This document shows positions 1 through 13,714 of a DNA stretch of 64,000 bases, piece by piece. The notes below the pieces were generated by a model. It saw nothing but the letters and a program-made list of their open reading frames with translations, was not told the origin of the DNA and did not search any database. Source of the stretch: Octopus sinensis. Lineage: Eukaryota. Numbering within the stretch: the stretch's first letter is position 1; each line of letters opens with the position of its first letter. Position numbers and translations under genes: made by a program. The stretch lies in the NCBI RefSeq assembly GCF_006345805.1, contig NC_042997.1, positions 123,070,001 through 123,134,000 of the forward strand, given 5' to 3'.

Positions 1-211
1 CAGACACACAAACATACACTCACACACATACATATGTATATATACATATATATGACGGGGTTCTTTCAGTTTCCGTCTACAAAATCACTCACAAGGCTTC
101 AGTCCGGCCGAGGCTATAGTAGAAGACACTTGCCGAAGGTGCCACGCAGTGGAACTGAACCCGGAACCATGTGGTTGGTAAGCAGTTACTTACCACACAA
201 CCACTACTACG

Positions 212-213
<2 letters not shown>
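1..213 (-). mobile_element. tRNA-derived SINE, family A (5' half plus internal microsatellite; cut by window start)
   Basis: Reverse complement reads ggcgtagtagtggttgtgtggtaag...ggttccgggttcagttccactgcgtggcacc (Pol III A/B-box-like head); same sequence recurs at 2609, 5356, 15915 and 59166. Confidence 0.85.
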
Positions 214-267
<54 letters not shown>

Positions 268-276
268 ATTATATAT

Positions 277-308
<32 letters not shown>

Positions 309-317
309 ATATATATA

Positions 318-598
318 AGTACAAGGTGTGTTATGAGCATTTATAGAACACGTATCCTATAGAAACTCAACAAACAATTAAAGATGGAGAACACCTAATC
401 TCCATCTTAATTGTTTATTGAGTTTCTATAGGATACGTGTTCTATAAATGCTCATAATTCACCTTATACTTGTAACATTTTCATATTCGAAACATAGTTA
501 CAACAGTAAGCTACCAATGAAATATGATGAATCGTTATTAGCAATCGTCCTTTGGAATCTCAGAAAATAAAGGATGAAATAAACTCAGCCTTTTCTCA
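318..598. repeat. Palindromic element in (TA)n: ~72-bp inverted arms (318-390 / 399-470) plus unpaired tail
   Basis: agtacaaggtg...gatggaga | acacctaa | tctccatc...caccttatact are near-perfect reverse complements; flanked by TA repeats on both sides. Confidence 0.9.
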
Positions 599-633
599 TA
601 TATATATATATACATACACACATATGCACACAC

Positions 634-696
<63 letters not shown>

Positions 697-699
<3 letters not shown>

Positions 700-1404
700 A
701 AGGATAAAATTAGTTAATTAATTAATTATTTATAATTTTACCAAGTTGTTCGGTATGTTAAAAGAACCATTATCGGTAAACTTATACAAAAATTATGTAA
801 TTATGAGTATATTTATAATTTGGGTTCAACAAAATTTGCTTCACCACATGCCGAAATTTAGACATAGAAGTTAAACTATTATTTTACAACCTTAAGATAT
901 CTCCCAGACAGCAATACTCAATAAATCACGCAGGTAAAAAGAAAAAAATACCGAATCTCCTCGACACTGATTAACTGTATACGCGTTTCGGAGTTAGAGA
1001 GAAGTGAAAAATGTAAAATCATATTTCTACTCACTCATTCTCCTCATTAGTACAGTATTTCAAGATTGTAAATTTCAGAGCACTGATAATTAACATACGT
1101 ATTTGACCAAAAGTCATCATACAGCATATATCCAAAGACCAGTACTTCCGAATTCAAACAGACAATTTGTACACATAGATTAGTAAACAGAGAGAAGACA
1201 TGCTAAATAGGGAAGTTAAAATCCAAACCTGAAAACAGAACGTGGTTTGGGGTGTAACTGCCCTTTTCAGCATGTAAGAAATCACGTCAAGTGTCTTCGC
1301 TCTGTGCATAAATCTTTATACGCTCAAATATATATACATGCCTCTTATTACGCATGCGAACCACTGTCAATAAATTAATTTTATTTTTTACCCACACATT
1401 TCCA

Positions 1405-1410
<6 letters not shown>
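697..1410 (-). mobile_element. Penelope-like element terminal fragment
   Basis: Bounded by (TA)n; carries an HHR motif; homologous to 62930-63250 (atttgcttcaccacat[g/a]ccgaa[a/g]tttaga). Confidence 0.65.
974..1056 (-). ncRNA. Minimal hammerhead ribozyme motif (core variant CUAAUGA)
   Basis: Minus strand: ACUGUA CUAAUGA GGAG...CUCC GAAA CGCG UA UACAGU; 6-bp stem I, 4-bp stem II, palindrome ACGCGU; G5 is mutated to A. Confidence 0.7.
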
Positions 1411-1451
<41 letters not shown>

Positions 1452-1455
1452 CATA

Positions 1456-2602
1456 CACGGTGCGTAAGGTATTTGAGGACAGATTTATGTTTATAAAAAC
1501 AGATATATAAGTATATTAAAAATTCTGAGGAATAAAATAAACATTCTTTTCTATAATGTTTTTCAATAAAGCCCCCATCATCTTCAACAGCTGTTTCTAT
1601 ATGAGATCTAAATCACCTACATGCTCGAATCAAGTGGTCCTGGTTCACTTTGGACATTACTCTGACTATGGCAGCTTTTAAAGTAACTTTGGTGTAATGG
1701 GCTTGTTCATGTACGTTTCTCCGCATGTAATGTTCTATTGGACTGAGGTCTGGAGAATTAGGAGGCCAAGTGTTATAGCTACGTGATCGTGAACATTTCT
1801 AACCATCAATTCCTGTGTCAATAGAGCCATACTGCAGAGTGTATCTATCCAGAGTTTAAAAATTCTTTCCAGGACCACAACGTAGGCGACGGTGTTAACC
1901 TTATGCCTTGTGGAAAGAAGTAAGGGGGGCATCACATGTCCTTCATTGCTGACAACCCTTTAAACCATGACAGTTGCAGGAAATGTTATGTGCATAACAC
2001 TTGGTACTTCAGGGAGGTCTGCACATAGCCATCTGTCATTTCTTCTGGTAACTTTGCGAACTTAGTCGAAATTTGTGCTGTTTGAGAAAATCAAATCAAA
2101 TCTTTTGCTGGATTTTTAGTTTAAGAACATTTTAGATCTGATGTAGTGATTTTCTTTTGCTTTTACTGACAAATTGACCTTCCCTCATCATATAAGACTT
2201 ATATCTGACTGTTCCTTCTGACACATGGAGATATTTTGCAATTGACCTCATGGACTTCTAGAATTGTAATCAATGGCCGTTTGAACTTCCTGGATAAATT
2301 CAAGAGTTCTGGTGATTTCAGAGCATTTAGAATGCATTTTATGCTATGATACTGGTGATACGTTTCCGTCTTCAGTCTCTAACTCCTTATAAACTCTGTA
2401 AGAACGAGCAACATTTAAAAATCGAGATATTTCTAAATCGTTATGCTCAGCCTTTAAAACCACAATAACAGCATTCCTCTTCATTTCTTGAATAAACTGA
2501 GGGTCCACAATTATTATTTTCTGAAACAAAGACTATATAGATTTAGCAAGAAATGCAGTAGTGACCCCAAAAGTTATGTCCTGAAATAAATTACGCACCC
2601 TG
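1456..2602 (-). mobile_element. Decayed Tc1/mariner DNA transposon, maT (DD37D)-like
   Basis: Imperfect ~26-bp TIRs (cacggtgcgtaaggtatttgaggaca / rc cagggtgcgtaatttatttcaggaca) with TA on both sides; minus-strand transposase remnants MKRNAVIVVLKAEHNDLEISRFLNV, GHVMPP and WPPNSPDLSPIE (1735-1768); many stops and frameshifts. Confidence 0.88.
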
Positions 2603-2608
2603 TATATA

Positions 2609-2895
2609 GGTGCAGGAGTGGTTGTGTGGTAAGAAGCTTTCCAACCACATGGTTCCGGGTTCAGTCTCACATTGTAGCATATTAGACACATATCTTCTAC
2701 TAAGACATGTGAGTGGATCTAGTAGGAGGAAACAATCAGAAGGCCGCGAATATAGGCAAATATATATGTGTTGTGCGTGTATGTGTGTTCGCGTGTGTGT
2801 ATGTGTGTGTATGTGTGTTTCTGTTTGATTGTGTCCAACCAGCGCTTAATAACCAGTGCCTGTGTGTTCAAAATCCCCTTAACTTAGCTGTATAG
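2609..2895 (+). mobile_element. SINE family A, degenerate
   Basis: ggtgcaggagtggttgtgtggtaagaagc...ggttccgggttcagtc head, then internal (TG)n. Confidence 0.8.
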
Positions 2896-2999
2896 CTGCA
2901 GTATATATATATATACCCACTCACAGGAGCTTAGGTAATAAACAGATGGATGGATGAATAGATAAATAGCTAGGTAGTTTAAGAGACAAACAATCAGAT

Positions 3000-3004
<5 letters not shown>

Positions 3005-3091
<87 letters not shown>

Positions 3092-3153
3092 GGATAGACA
3101 GACAGATAGATTGATAGATAGATAGATATATAGATATATAGATAGATAGATAT

Positions 3154-3231
<78 letters not shown>
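3005..3231. repeat. (GATA)n microsatellite
   Basis: Long tandem GATA array. Confidence 0.97.
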
Positions 3232-3339
3232 GGAATGGTAGATAGTAACGAATAGTGATCAGGTGTAAAAATAGATTCTTATGATTTGGTCTATTTTTAC
3301 TGAACTATTGATGTCCTCATTGATTAGTTACCAAAGCTA

Positions 3340-3960
3340 CGCAAAATGTTTTTCCTTTCTTTATTATTCCCAGCTCTATATGTTGCTCTTTATTCTGAAC
3401 CTCCTCGTCTTCCTCTTTTAGCTTTAACATTATCTACAGATTTTAAAACGTATGAGTATAGAATAATTATTGCTAAGTCCACGCCTATAAAAAATTCGTT
3501 TACCTTATCCAAATGGTTACGTTGTTTTCTCCAAATGTATTCTGTGCATACATTATTTCTTATTCACTGTTTTATAAAAAGCAGCAGTTCCTTTCAAGCC
3601 GGAATTCCATCTGATGCTATATGTCACCATAATTTCCAGCATTTGTTGCCTTGTGTTAGCTTCTGCACTTCACCACTTCTCTCATCGAAGAACCTTGCTT
3701 GTTTGTCCATATCTGTGATTATTTACACAAGCCTTCGTTTTGGCAAAATCTTATCTTTTACAAAGTCTCTTAATGATATTACTCGACTGACTTCTTTTCA
3801 TGCTAATTCCAGTATATTCACTTACGCCTCTCCTCCCTAATTTCTCATCACTTCGTCTATCTTTTCTCAGAGATATAATCTTGATTAATTTTCAAGTAGT
3901 CTTAATTCTTTTATAAATTCTTGAACTGCTTCTAATTAGATTTTTAAAAAAATTAATTTA
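3340..3960 (-). pseudogene. Highly decayed LINE reverse transcriptase N-terminal remnant
   Basis: Minus strand gcatcagatggaattccggct = ASDGIPA (KA.G.DGIP.E-like), followed in order by YR.. and GFR-like remnants; frames broken. Confidence 0.45.
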
Positions 3961-4098
3961 GAAAGTGAAAGCAAATAAGTCGTTGAATACTTGTATAAGG
4001 CCTTATTTATTGTTTGTTGCTTGCTGCCTTGATGGGATTGACTCCCAAATGACATCCAGGTATACATACATAACATACCACACATACATATATAAGAG

Positions 4099-4153
<55 letters not shown>

Positions 4154-4164
4154 AAATATATATA

Positions 4165-4219
<55 letters not shown>

Positions 4220-4223
4220 CTAA

Positions 4224-4262
<39 letters not shown>

Positions 4263-4265
4263 ATA

Positions 4266-4347
<82 letters not shown>

Positions 4348-5355
4348 ACATGCTGTTTGTATGTTTTTGGGTCATTGGATAGGTAGGGCTGGAATATCAA
4401 TAACAATTACCATCTAAAGGCGAAAACAATTAGTCTGAAAACGTGCTAATAATTATCTGAACATTACTCACAATAAGAAATTAAATTATATTGTTGTGTG
4501 TTGAAGAAATTAAGAAGAGAAATAATTCCGTGTCAGATTACATCAAAGCGAGTGTACAACACCATGTAAATACACGGTGCCACTACAATAAAAACTTGTC
4601 TGGTAACAGTTTCTATTAAAACAAATATCTAGACTTGCCCAATAGAAGTAAATCTATGGAGACATATTTCATCTACTGAACGCAAATACCAAACACGCTT
4701 TTCTGCAATATATTGATTGGAAACTTTTCTTGGGGCTGCAGAATTGTGTTTAGCCAATCTTCTGAGAATCTTATCTGTATTTCAGTTAAAATATGTATAA
4801 TAAATAGCTGAACATATACAGAAATATCTTTTGTCGTTGCCCATATAATATTTGCCTCACCGATAAAAAATGCCTAAGCTAATGGTCTAACGGAGAACTA
4901 GGAATTTAGAAACGTATATGCATACGCACACGGATGCTTTCATACACTTACACAAATTTGTTCCCCCATATTTTTGATAAATGTATTTTAAAAGTTGTCG
5001 ACAATAGGTTGTTTGCTCGAGTGTGTTTATTCACTGGAAATTTTGGCGTCTTACGATTCGGAATATCGTTCATACAGAGTTTCACAGAAATGTGAAGAAA
5101 CACATATTCCTAATTCTGTTCATTCTCTCTCGAAATATTTTTTACGGAAGTAAGGCTTTAATTTACATGAGTATTGTAAATGAATTATATTTCGAATCAA
5201 AAATGTTTCTTTCACTTGTATACTAGTCTCATGATCATATTTATTTGTCATGGCATAATCAAATTTCAATTCTATTGCCCTCAGAATTAACACAGACGTC
5301 GTTAAATTATCCAAAGCAATATACTAACCTGGAATTTTATAGATGGAACTCCATC

Positions 5356-5588
5356 TACTCTCTTTACTCTTTTACTTGTTTCAGTCATTTGACTGTGGCC
5401 ATGCTGGAGCACTGCCTTTAGTCGAGCAAATCGATCCCAGGATTTATTCTTTGCAAGCCTAGTACTTATTTTATCGGTCTCTTTTGCCGACCGCTAGGTT
5501 ACTGGGACGTAAACACACCAGCATCGGTTGTCAAGCGATGTTGGGGGACAAACACAGACACACAAACACGAACACACACACACACACA

Positions 5589-5619
<31 letters not shown>

Positions 5620-5659
5620 CACACCACACACACACACACAACACACACACACACACCAC

Positions 5660-5708
<49 letters not shown>

Positions 5709-5849
5709 AGGCTTCTTTCTGTTTCCGTCTACCAAATCCAATCAGAAGGGTTTGGTCAGACCGAGACTATAGTAGAAGTCACTTGCCCAAGGTTCCACGC
5801 TATGGGAATGAACCAGAAACCATGTGGTTGGTAAGCAAACTATTTACTT
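5356..5849 (-). mobile_element. SINE family A, near full length with internal (CA)n/(TA)n
   Basis: 3' part ttttacttgtttcagtcatttgactgtggccatgctggagc..., microsatellite, then the head ...ccatgtggttggtaagc. Confidence 0.9.
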
Positions 5850-7786
5850 ATAGAAATAATTTAAATAAAGACACTATATACACAATATATTAAGCGCGGC
5901 GCTGTAAAGTGATCCAATATACAACAACCTGAGCACATTGTACTGGACTATACTGCAAAAAGAATGACAGAAATTATTGTAGGTCACGAGAACTGAAATG
6001 GGTATTGACACATTCGTGCAGAAACATATTACCGAAATATCGTAAACATGCAAAATGTTAACTATATAAATCCACAGAATATCAATAACTAAAAGAAAAT
6101 AGGTGTTACGTATTCCCGCCGCAAAGTGTGTTCTCAAGGTTACATTCATCACAGAATTCTAAATTTACTACTGAAGTATAGATAATTGAATTATTTTAGG
6201 TACCTGATGGGCTATAAATTTGTTAAAGGTGTATTGCCGAGAAAGAACTAATTACCATCGTCCCTTTTTAGGTGTTAAGCTTAAAGTTCCAGAGGCTTCC
6301 GTCAGTTTGTAATTTTACCTGGATGTAAAGTAGTAAATGCTTTTACTGAAATCATCGACTTTAAGAGAGAAACATCAACATTAATATTAGCGCGAGAAGT
6401 AACCAGCCCAAGAGAAATATATGTGAATAATGTGAACAAAACCTACGAAATAACTTTAAACACCCTCTTATAACACACTCTACATATCTAATGATTATGA
6501 GTTCTATAGGAGGATCGTTCCACTCTTGCTAGAATGAAAAACGAAAAGTACAGAGCAAAAGTTGAAGACTTATTGATGTAAGGAAATAAGTGTTGCATGA
6601 CCCTATTATATGTTACAAGAAAAAACTGTAACGGCCCAGGAATATCATTTAGTACCTGTAAAGATAACCGACAGCATAGCGGTAGAAAGGCTAGTCATTT
6701 TCTATTAAGCGCTATAGAGAAGGCTTTATCTATCATCTAAAATAGCATAGGTCTCCAGATCCAGTATACATTTGAAGGTTTGTGAAATATACTTCAGTTA
6801 TAATGGAGACCCGCAAAAAACATTCTAGATTTTAATGCTTCCATTATTTTTTTTTAAAGTTTAACCTGGCTAGATTTAGCACAGATCCTCATGTTTGGAA
6901 AAGTATTACGTTACCTTTCCAAAAACAAAAATGACAGTTGTTTAACTACAGCAGTAAAGGAAAATGATTCTTGTCGATTGCTCTAACGTTTATATCTCAA
7001 ATGTTTCTACAATCAGAAATACTCAAATTATACTTATATAGTGGATTACCTGCGGAGGAGGCACAGGAATCTCAACTATTTTTGAAGGAAATGTCACAGA
7101 AAGTAATTTGAACAAATGGAGTACATGTGCTTTCGCTCTGTTAGTTTTCAAAATGCTTCCGGAGAATTTGTGTGGAATGTTCTCAGAATTTCGGTTACTA
7201 GTCTGCATTCGTGACACTTCATAATTCCTTACATGGATTATGCGTTTGCTTTAATCTAATGACCATAATTTGTCAAAGCTACCAGATGCTTCCTCTTGTG
7301 TGTTTTATATATTTCTGGTCTAATTAATCACACTGTTACAAGTGGATGCTGGATTCAATATTAACTTCCGTTTCGGTTTAGACGCTCCTAATGTAAGAGT
7401 TTCTTATGACATTATCATGGGAGTAGCTAATTGTTTAAGAGCTAATATTCAGAAATTAAATCAACTGAAAATGAAATATTATACCACCTATTCTGTTCAT
7501 CTGAATGAAGGACACGCTACTATTTCAGTTACTAGGCAGTTGCATTTCCAACGATTGCCTGTTTCTCTCATGGATGACTGCAGCATATATTATTTGGAAA
7601 CAATTATCTCAGCAACCTTATCAAGGTCCTTGAATACCGTGAAAACTATGTTGTCATTCTTTTACAGAAGTGGAAGATATATATACCTCGTGCACCTGAC
7701 ACTCTAAATACTGAAAGTATTTATCATCCAGTATATATATCTAAATTGTTTGACTCACATTGCTAGAGCAGAACCTACACACACAC

Positions 7787-7862
<76 letters not shown>

Positions 7863-9691
7863 ACCAAACCAACAACAAAAGCAACGAATCTAAGTTTCAT
7901 GTATATTCATATATGTTGGTTCGGTCATAAAATGAGTATCTAGCTTTCTTTGTGAACATGTACTCTTACGCCTTTAGTAAATATATTGCAGGAGTGGGTT
8001 AGCAAATTTGTTCAAATTCTAGCTGAAGGCCACTTTGAAAACGGGTTACTCTAACCTTTTTCCGAAGAAATCATATTACAAGACCCCAGGCATTCTGGTG
8101 GTCTCGTTTCTAGGAGAGGTTTTAAGATAGGTAGGGAAAGTGAGAAAACAAGCATGCACCCAGAGGGAAAATAGCTGGCCTCTCTAAGAAAACAAATAAA
8201 TAAGTTAAAAGAAAAATGTATGTTTCATCTGTAAAAGAGAAATTTTTCTTTGATTACAATGTAAGTTCATAAGTAACATTTTTATGCTTGCCTGTTTGCT
8301 TGAGTAAATAAACACTCTAGATGTGATGAGCGTATGAACTGTTTGCGACGTTCGCATGTTATATTTAATAATTTCAGCAAATGACAATGACTACTACAGT
8401 GTGTGAAGTTTTCTGAATTAAGGGAGACTTAATGTGGTATTTAGATATCATAGCATATTCAATTGTTTTTCAAATCACAATGTGGATTGTCTGGAAAAAG
8501 AAACGTAATAAATCGCGATAAGAGTTACGCAAAGATACATAAGAAGTGAAAGAAATGATGGATATATTCCTAGGCAGAAATCATTTCATCATAGCTTTGA
8601 TCTATCTGACTTGAGGAGAATAAACAGAACAACTTCAACAGCTAGACTTTTGAAGACGGCACAGATGGGCGATAACAAACATTGTGGAAAATTATATCTT
8701 AGATTTTATTAATGAAATTTGCATACTGCAGCGACGTGCGTTGTACATATCATTTATGCTGCAGAGATACGATACACAAAAGTTAACATTCTTTCAAGCA
8801 TGCCGGGTTTGACAACAGTAAATACATCAATCACCCTCTAGTTCTTCTCTTATATAAGGCATAGTAAACATCAAACACCCATACAGGCATACATAGACAT
8901 ATACACATTACCACATTCCTATACATGCACACATTAAACGCCACAACCACCTAATTCCTATGCATACACACATTCATCGCCACACCCACATAATTCCTAT
9001 ACATACACACAAATATCCCCGGTCAAAGTAAAAGCAAAACATAAATACTCATGGTTTTTGTAACATAGACTTATGAGATGTTGGATACGATAATTGTGCA
9101 AGTTTTGCAAGAGTATGAGAAAGCGCGGTAAAATCCATGTTACAAAGACTGGCATATTGTCTAGCATCAATTTAAAGATAGATTCAATCTAATAAATAAC
9201 GTTTAAATTTGTAATTGTGGATCCTTCTGTATGAAATATCTTTACAAATTTCCTATACATTCTATGATTGTATATTCCGCGGTACGTTTTCTTCTGTATT
9301 CCTACTCTTTTATGATACATACACTCATAGACATATACATATGCGTGTGCGTGCGCATTTGTGTGTTTGCCTGCACGTATATGTATGCTTGTGTGGGTGT
9401 GTTTACGAGTTTGTGAATGTTAATCAGGTTTTGCACAGTGCTTTGAAATGAATGACCAGGATTTTACACTCACGGTCGCAAGATTGTGACATCGATTCCC
9501 AGATCAGCAGTTCGATGGGTTTTTCAGCCAAAATTTCAGTCCTCTCAGATGTAAATGAACAAATAGTTGACCTTGCAATGGTTTGACTTTCTGCACAGGG
9601 ATAAAATTTGTCCTGCCCTCTTCGCCACCTTAGTGCTATTATTCGAAAGCTTAAGCTATTCGAGTTGCGTATAAGAATATCTGATAGTTAA

Positions 9692-9921
9692 GCCGGCAGG
9701 CTGGCAGAAACGTTAGCACGCCGGGGGAAATACCTAGCGGTATTTTGTCTGCCGCTACATTCTGAGTTCAAATTCCACCGAGGTCGGCTTTGCCTATCAT
9801 TCTTTCGGGTCGATTAAATAAGTACCAGTTACGCACTGGGGTCGATATAATCGACTTAATCCGTTTGTCTGTCCTAGTTTGTAACCTCTATGCTTAGTCC
9901 CTTGTGAGCAATAAAGAAATA
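9692..9921 (+). mobile_element. tRNA-derived SINE, family B (Meta-domain-like centre)
   Basis: ctggcagaaacgttagcacg...gagttcaaattcc (B box), then gcctatcattctttcgggtcgattaaataagtaccag and an aaagaaata tail; homologues at 34475 and 47099. Confidence 0.9.
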
Positions 9922-10228
9922 AGATAGTTTAGCCGACACAGTGATACAGCGATACAGCGATATGTGAGAGAGCATTAGACTACATTAGCACTGTAGTTGA
10001 TTAGTATTTGCTTTTAGAAGTGAAGAAGTTATTACGGTCATGACATCCACATAGTCTGTAAATCGACACCACTGTAAGTCATTTTTGCCTATTGATTGGA
10101 GCGATACTCTTTGAAGGCCATTGTGGTATCATCATCTTCACCATCACATCAGGCATCATTGTCGACATTAACTCAAATACGTGTTCATCGTGATAGGTAC
10201 GAAATCTGCCGGTACCTGAGGTGGCTGT

Positions 10229-10330
10229 TCAGGCCAAGGGTGGTATGAAACAGCTGGGAGCACATATCACCGGGGAGGGGATGGCGGAAGACGAGGAAGT
10301 GCCCCGAGAGTAATCATCTTTCGTTTCCTT
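10229..10330 (-). CDS. Possible terminal coding exon (KETKDDYSRGTSSSSAIPSPVICAPSCFIPPLA*)
   Basis: GC-richer non-repetitive island; minus-strand ttgtttgtttttactaaag acceptor-like site, then 33 codons and TGA; no homology recognised. Confidence 0.25.
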   Translation of the reverse strand, partial: KETKDDYSRGTSSSSAIPSPVICAPSCFIPPLA

Positions 10331-11120
10331 CTTTAGTAAAAACAAACAAATCAAATCTTGAAATTAAGATATTCGTAGATCATTGCAACATGACACATTT
10401 GTCCCAGAATCCTTTGTAGCTATATATTTCTGTTTGCTCACTTTTTCTGATTTAAAGAACTAAGAACGAATATTTTCTTCGTAATATAAAATTCGATTTC
10501 TTTTCCACCTAATTAACTTCAAAGGACAGAAGTAAATACAAACTTTAAAATGCAATGCTTCACTTATTTTCTGCATTTATTTGAAATATAATAAATACTG
10601 GGGCCAATTGGTGTATATGATGTAACATGAAATTGTTATTTTTTTCTTTTACTCGAATATTATATAAATAGATTCAACAATAATTATATAGAAAACCAGC
10701 AACTTTGATCAGCATTCGGTGTAAAATACTCGTACACACAGATACACACACACACAAACACACACAGATATATACATGTATATACACATAGATACATATG
10801 TACGTTTATGAAGTATAACTAGGTGTGTATATTATATATTAAAACGCTTGCAAATACACACACACGTACAGCCAAATATAAAATAACGTTTGTTGTTGAT
10901 CTAAGAGAAGAAGAAAACTATTTCCATGATTTATGTAATATAATTATTAGGACATTTATGTTAGATTCTCTTCAGATTTAGAAGCGATATTTAAACATTT
11001 GTGGTTGAATTTCTCTTTACTATTCTCCGTTATCTTTTATCGTCACAATTTCTATATACAAAATCTATGCATAATAATAACGTGAACACATACTATGTAT
11101 GTACGTGTGTGTGTGTGCTT

Positions 11121-11155
<35 letters not shown>

Positions 11156-11985
11156 TACGTTCGTGTTTATTTATAGACAACTATGGGTATAATGATGATT
11201 CTGAAAGAAAAAAGTCGTTTTGAAGAACTCATCTGATTATTTAATTTCCGCCCGTGGATGCTTTAAAAGATGAAAATAGTCAATAATTTGTAATAGAAAT
11301 TGAATGGAAAAGACTATATATATATATTATATATATATATATATAATATATATATATATATACACACGCACACAAACATATATATATACATATATACATA
11401 TATATGTATACATATATATATATATATATATATACATCCATATTGCATATATATATACATATATATACATATATATATAATATAGATAGATATATATGTA
11501 TATATGCTGGTGTATATATGTATGTATATATGTGTGTATATATAAATACATACACATATATGAGTGTATGTGTGTGTGTCTATATTATAAAACTTGTGTT
11601 CGTTTCCTTTAGGAAATATGTTTTGGTAATATATTGTATAGAAGTGTCACGTATGATTCCGTTTGAGAATGTTTATTTCTGTTTAACGAAGAGATTTTTC
11701 AGGTATGAATGATGTAAGGAAACAAATCGGGAAAGCTTGCGCTCATAATAATATCAGCTCTGATGAGGTTATGCTTTAGTAGAATATGTAGTAGATTGTG
11801 AATTCTTTCGTAAACTATAAAATCTAGACAAGGGACGGAGCTGAAAGTATTTTCATACCGACCATAATAAAGGTGGATGAAGAAAATAGACATTTTTGTA
11901 CTATACAGACGTCTTTAGGAATGTATTTATATACTCAGAGATGTTATACCATTTCTGGATGCCATAAAGAAGTTACAATACCATA

Positions 11986-12408
11986 TCATTGTGCATTACC
12001 TGGGGCCAAATCGTCTCGATAATGGAAAGTCTGAGTCACTCGGCTATTTTGAGTCAGACGACGCAAAATATTTTGAGGCAGCAACATTCTTATTTTAAAA
12101 ACAGAACTGGTTGCAATGGATATATTAGGACTAGAACGCCTCCGATTTTCGGATAAGTGATGGTCCCTTACCGCAGTTAATCTGTATAAGTTACGTGGAG
12201 GAATTTTAAATTCTTGGAACCGCTTGTCCAGTTTACATGTCATGTTTTGCTTGTGTATTTTCCCTTCATTATTTACACTGCATTTGCTGGTGACAATACC
12301 AATGTCTTGGAGAACCCTGGAACATTTTAACTTGCACTTACCCTTAGGTACATCTATCCTGGTAAGTGGACTATGAGAACCATTGCTAGTTTCAAACATA
12401 AACACCAA
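11986..12408 (-). pseudogene. Possible decayed GIY-YIG endonuclease remnant (Penelope-like)
   Basis: ORF spacing ...KC...NMTCKLDKRFQEF...TAVRDHH loosely matches YIG.T.R.L..R..EH...SAV.DH. Confidence 0.35.
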
Positions 12409-13373
12409 CGCGTACCGATAGTAAAACTATAAAAATAGGAAGAAAAGAAGACAGGGTGATACGGTTCCTAAATGTGGGTGATGTAATCGATAATTAATAC
12501 ATTATCAGCGGGTACAAATATGCTGCAGAAATATTATAACGGAGCTGATGATGACAAGGCAAAGTGGTTAATCCGTTAAAGTTTTCAATCAAGGACTAGA
12601 AAATCGGTGCTAAAAATATTATGAGATAATAAAGCAGTTAGGTCAGAATGAATGAGGGTAAAATATGCTTACATGATTATGGCTTATCGGTGTGTTAATT
12701 CTAACAATAAAACATATGTCTAAGTGAATATTGAATAACCAATTCTCAACATAGAACGTCTGCTCAAAATTGGATATTGCTAATCTTGATTGCGTTCATG
12801 AATTCTGTACCCCAATATCTTTGCACTATTATTTCCTCTTTCAATAGAGATATCTAATATAATAAAACCTAATATAATATATTATCAACAGAAAATTCCA
12901 TAAGTATCGGTCGATTCTATATATATACTTACATACAAATATATATGTGTACATGTGTACACACACGCACACGCACACACACATATGTATCTGTATGTGA
13001 GAAAGTGTGTGAGTGTGTGTGTGTGTGTTTGTGTATTTATATATAATCTACGAGAGTAATGATGCATCATTCCATGTGCATATTGCAAAGAATGCCAACA
13101 ATGCATAAGCGATTCGCTGGTTGGTTATTGCAATCATAGAGAAGGAAAAAGGAATCCAAGCCTATCCTAAGGAGAACATTCCTTCTCAGTCACCTTCACT
13201 ACTGCTCCCAATTTTCGTCGTCAAGCTAATTGCGATGTTGGAGGTAATCCAACACCAGTACACCAAGAAGATTGCTCCGTTACAAGTGATAAACTACTGG
13301 GAGAGAACTGCATCTCTAATTACCAGAAAAATGTATAAAATATTCAGTTTAACACACAAACACAAATACCCAC

Positions 13374-13450
<77 letters not shown>

Positions 13451-13714
13451 TAGCAGAGATACCCGGCGTTGCCCGTTTACATTCAATTGAAGAATTAGAC
13501 TTTTCTGCTATATTTTCTGTAATGAATTGGAATATCTATGTTTCGAATCTCATCAAAATTTACACACCCTAAAAAAATTGTAATCGTGCCAAATGTATCC
13601 CACACTACTGAGTTTTATACGCATATTCCAAAATTCCAGTCTTAATGAACCTGTTAAAAATATTTTGCTCCTAAAAAATGAAGGTCATGGAGCTATAAAA
13701 TGTGAGAGTTAAGG

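Noticed and set aside
6100-7720. Non-repetitive stretch with a 121-aa ORF (7342-7707)
   Set aside because: No convincing domain motif; possibly very old transposon debris
11754-11844. tcagct-CTGATGA...agctga, HHR-like with a 6-bp stem I
   Set aside because: No GAAA or UH segment; at best a dead relic
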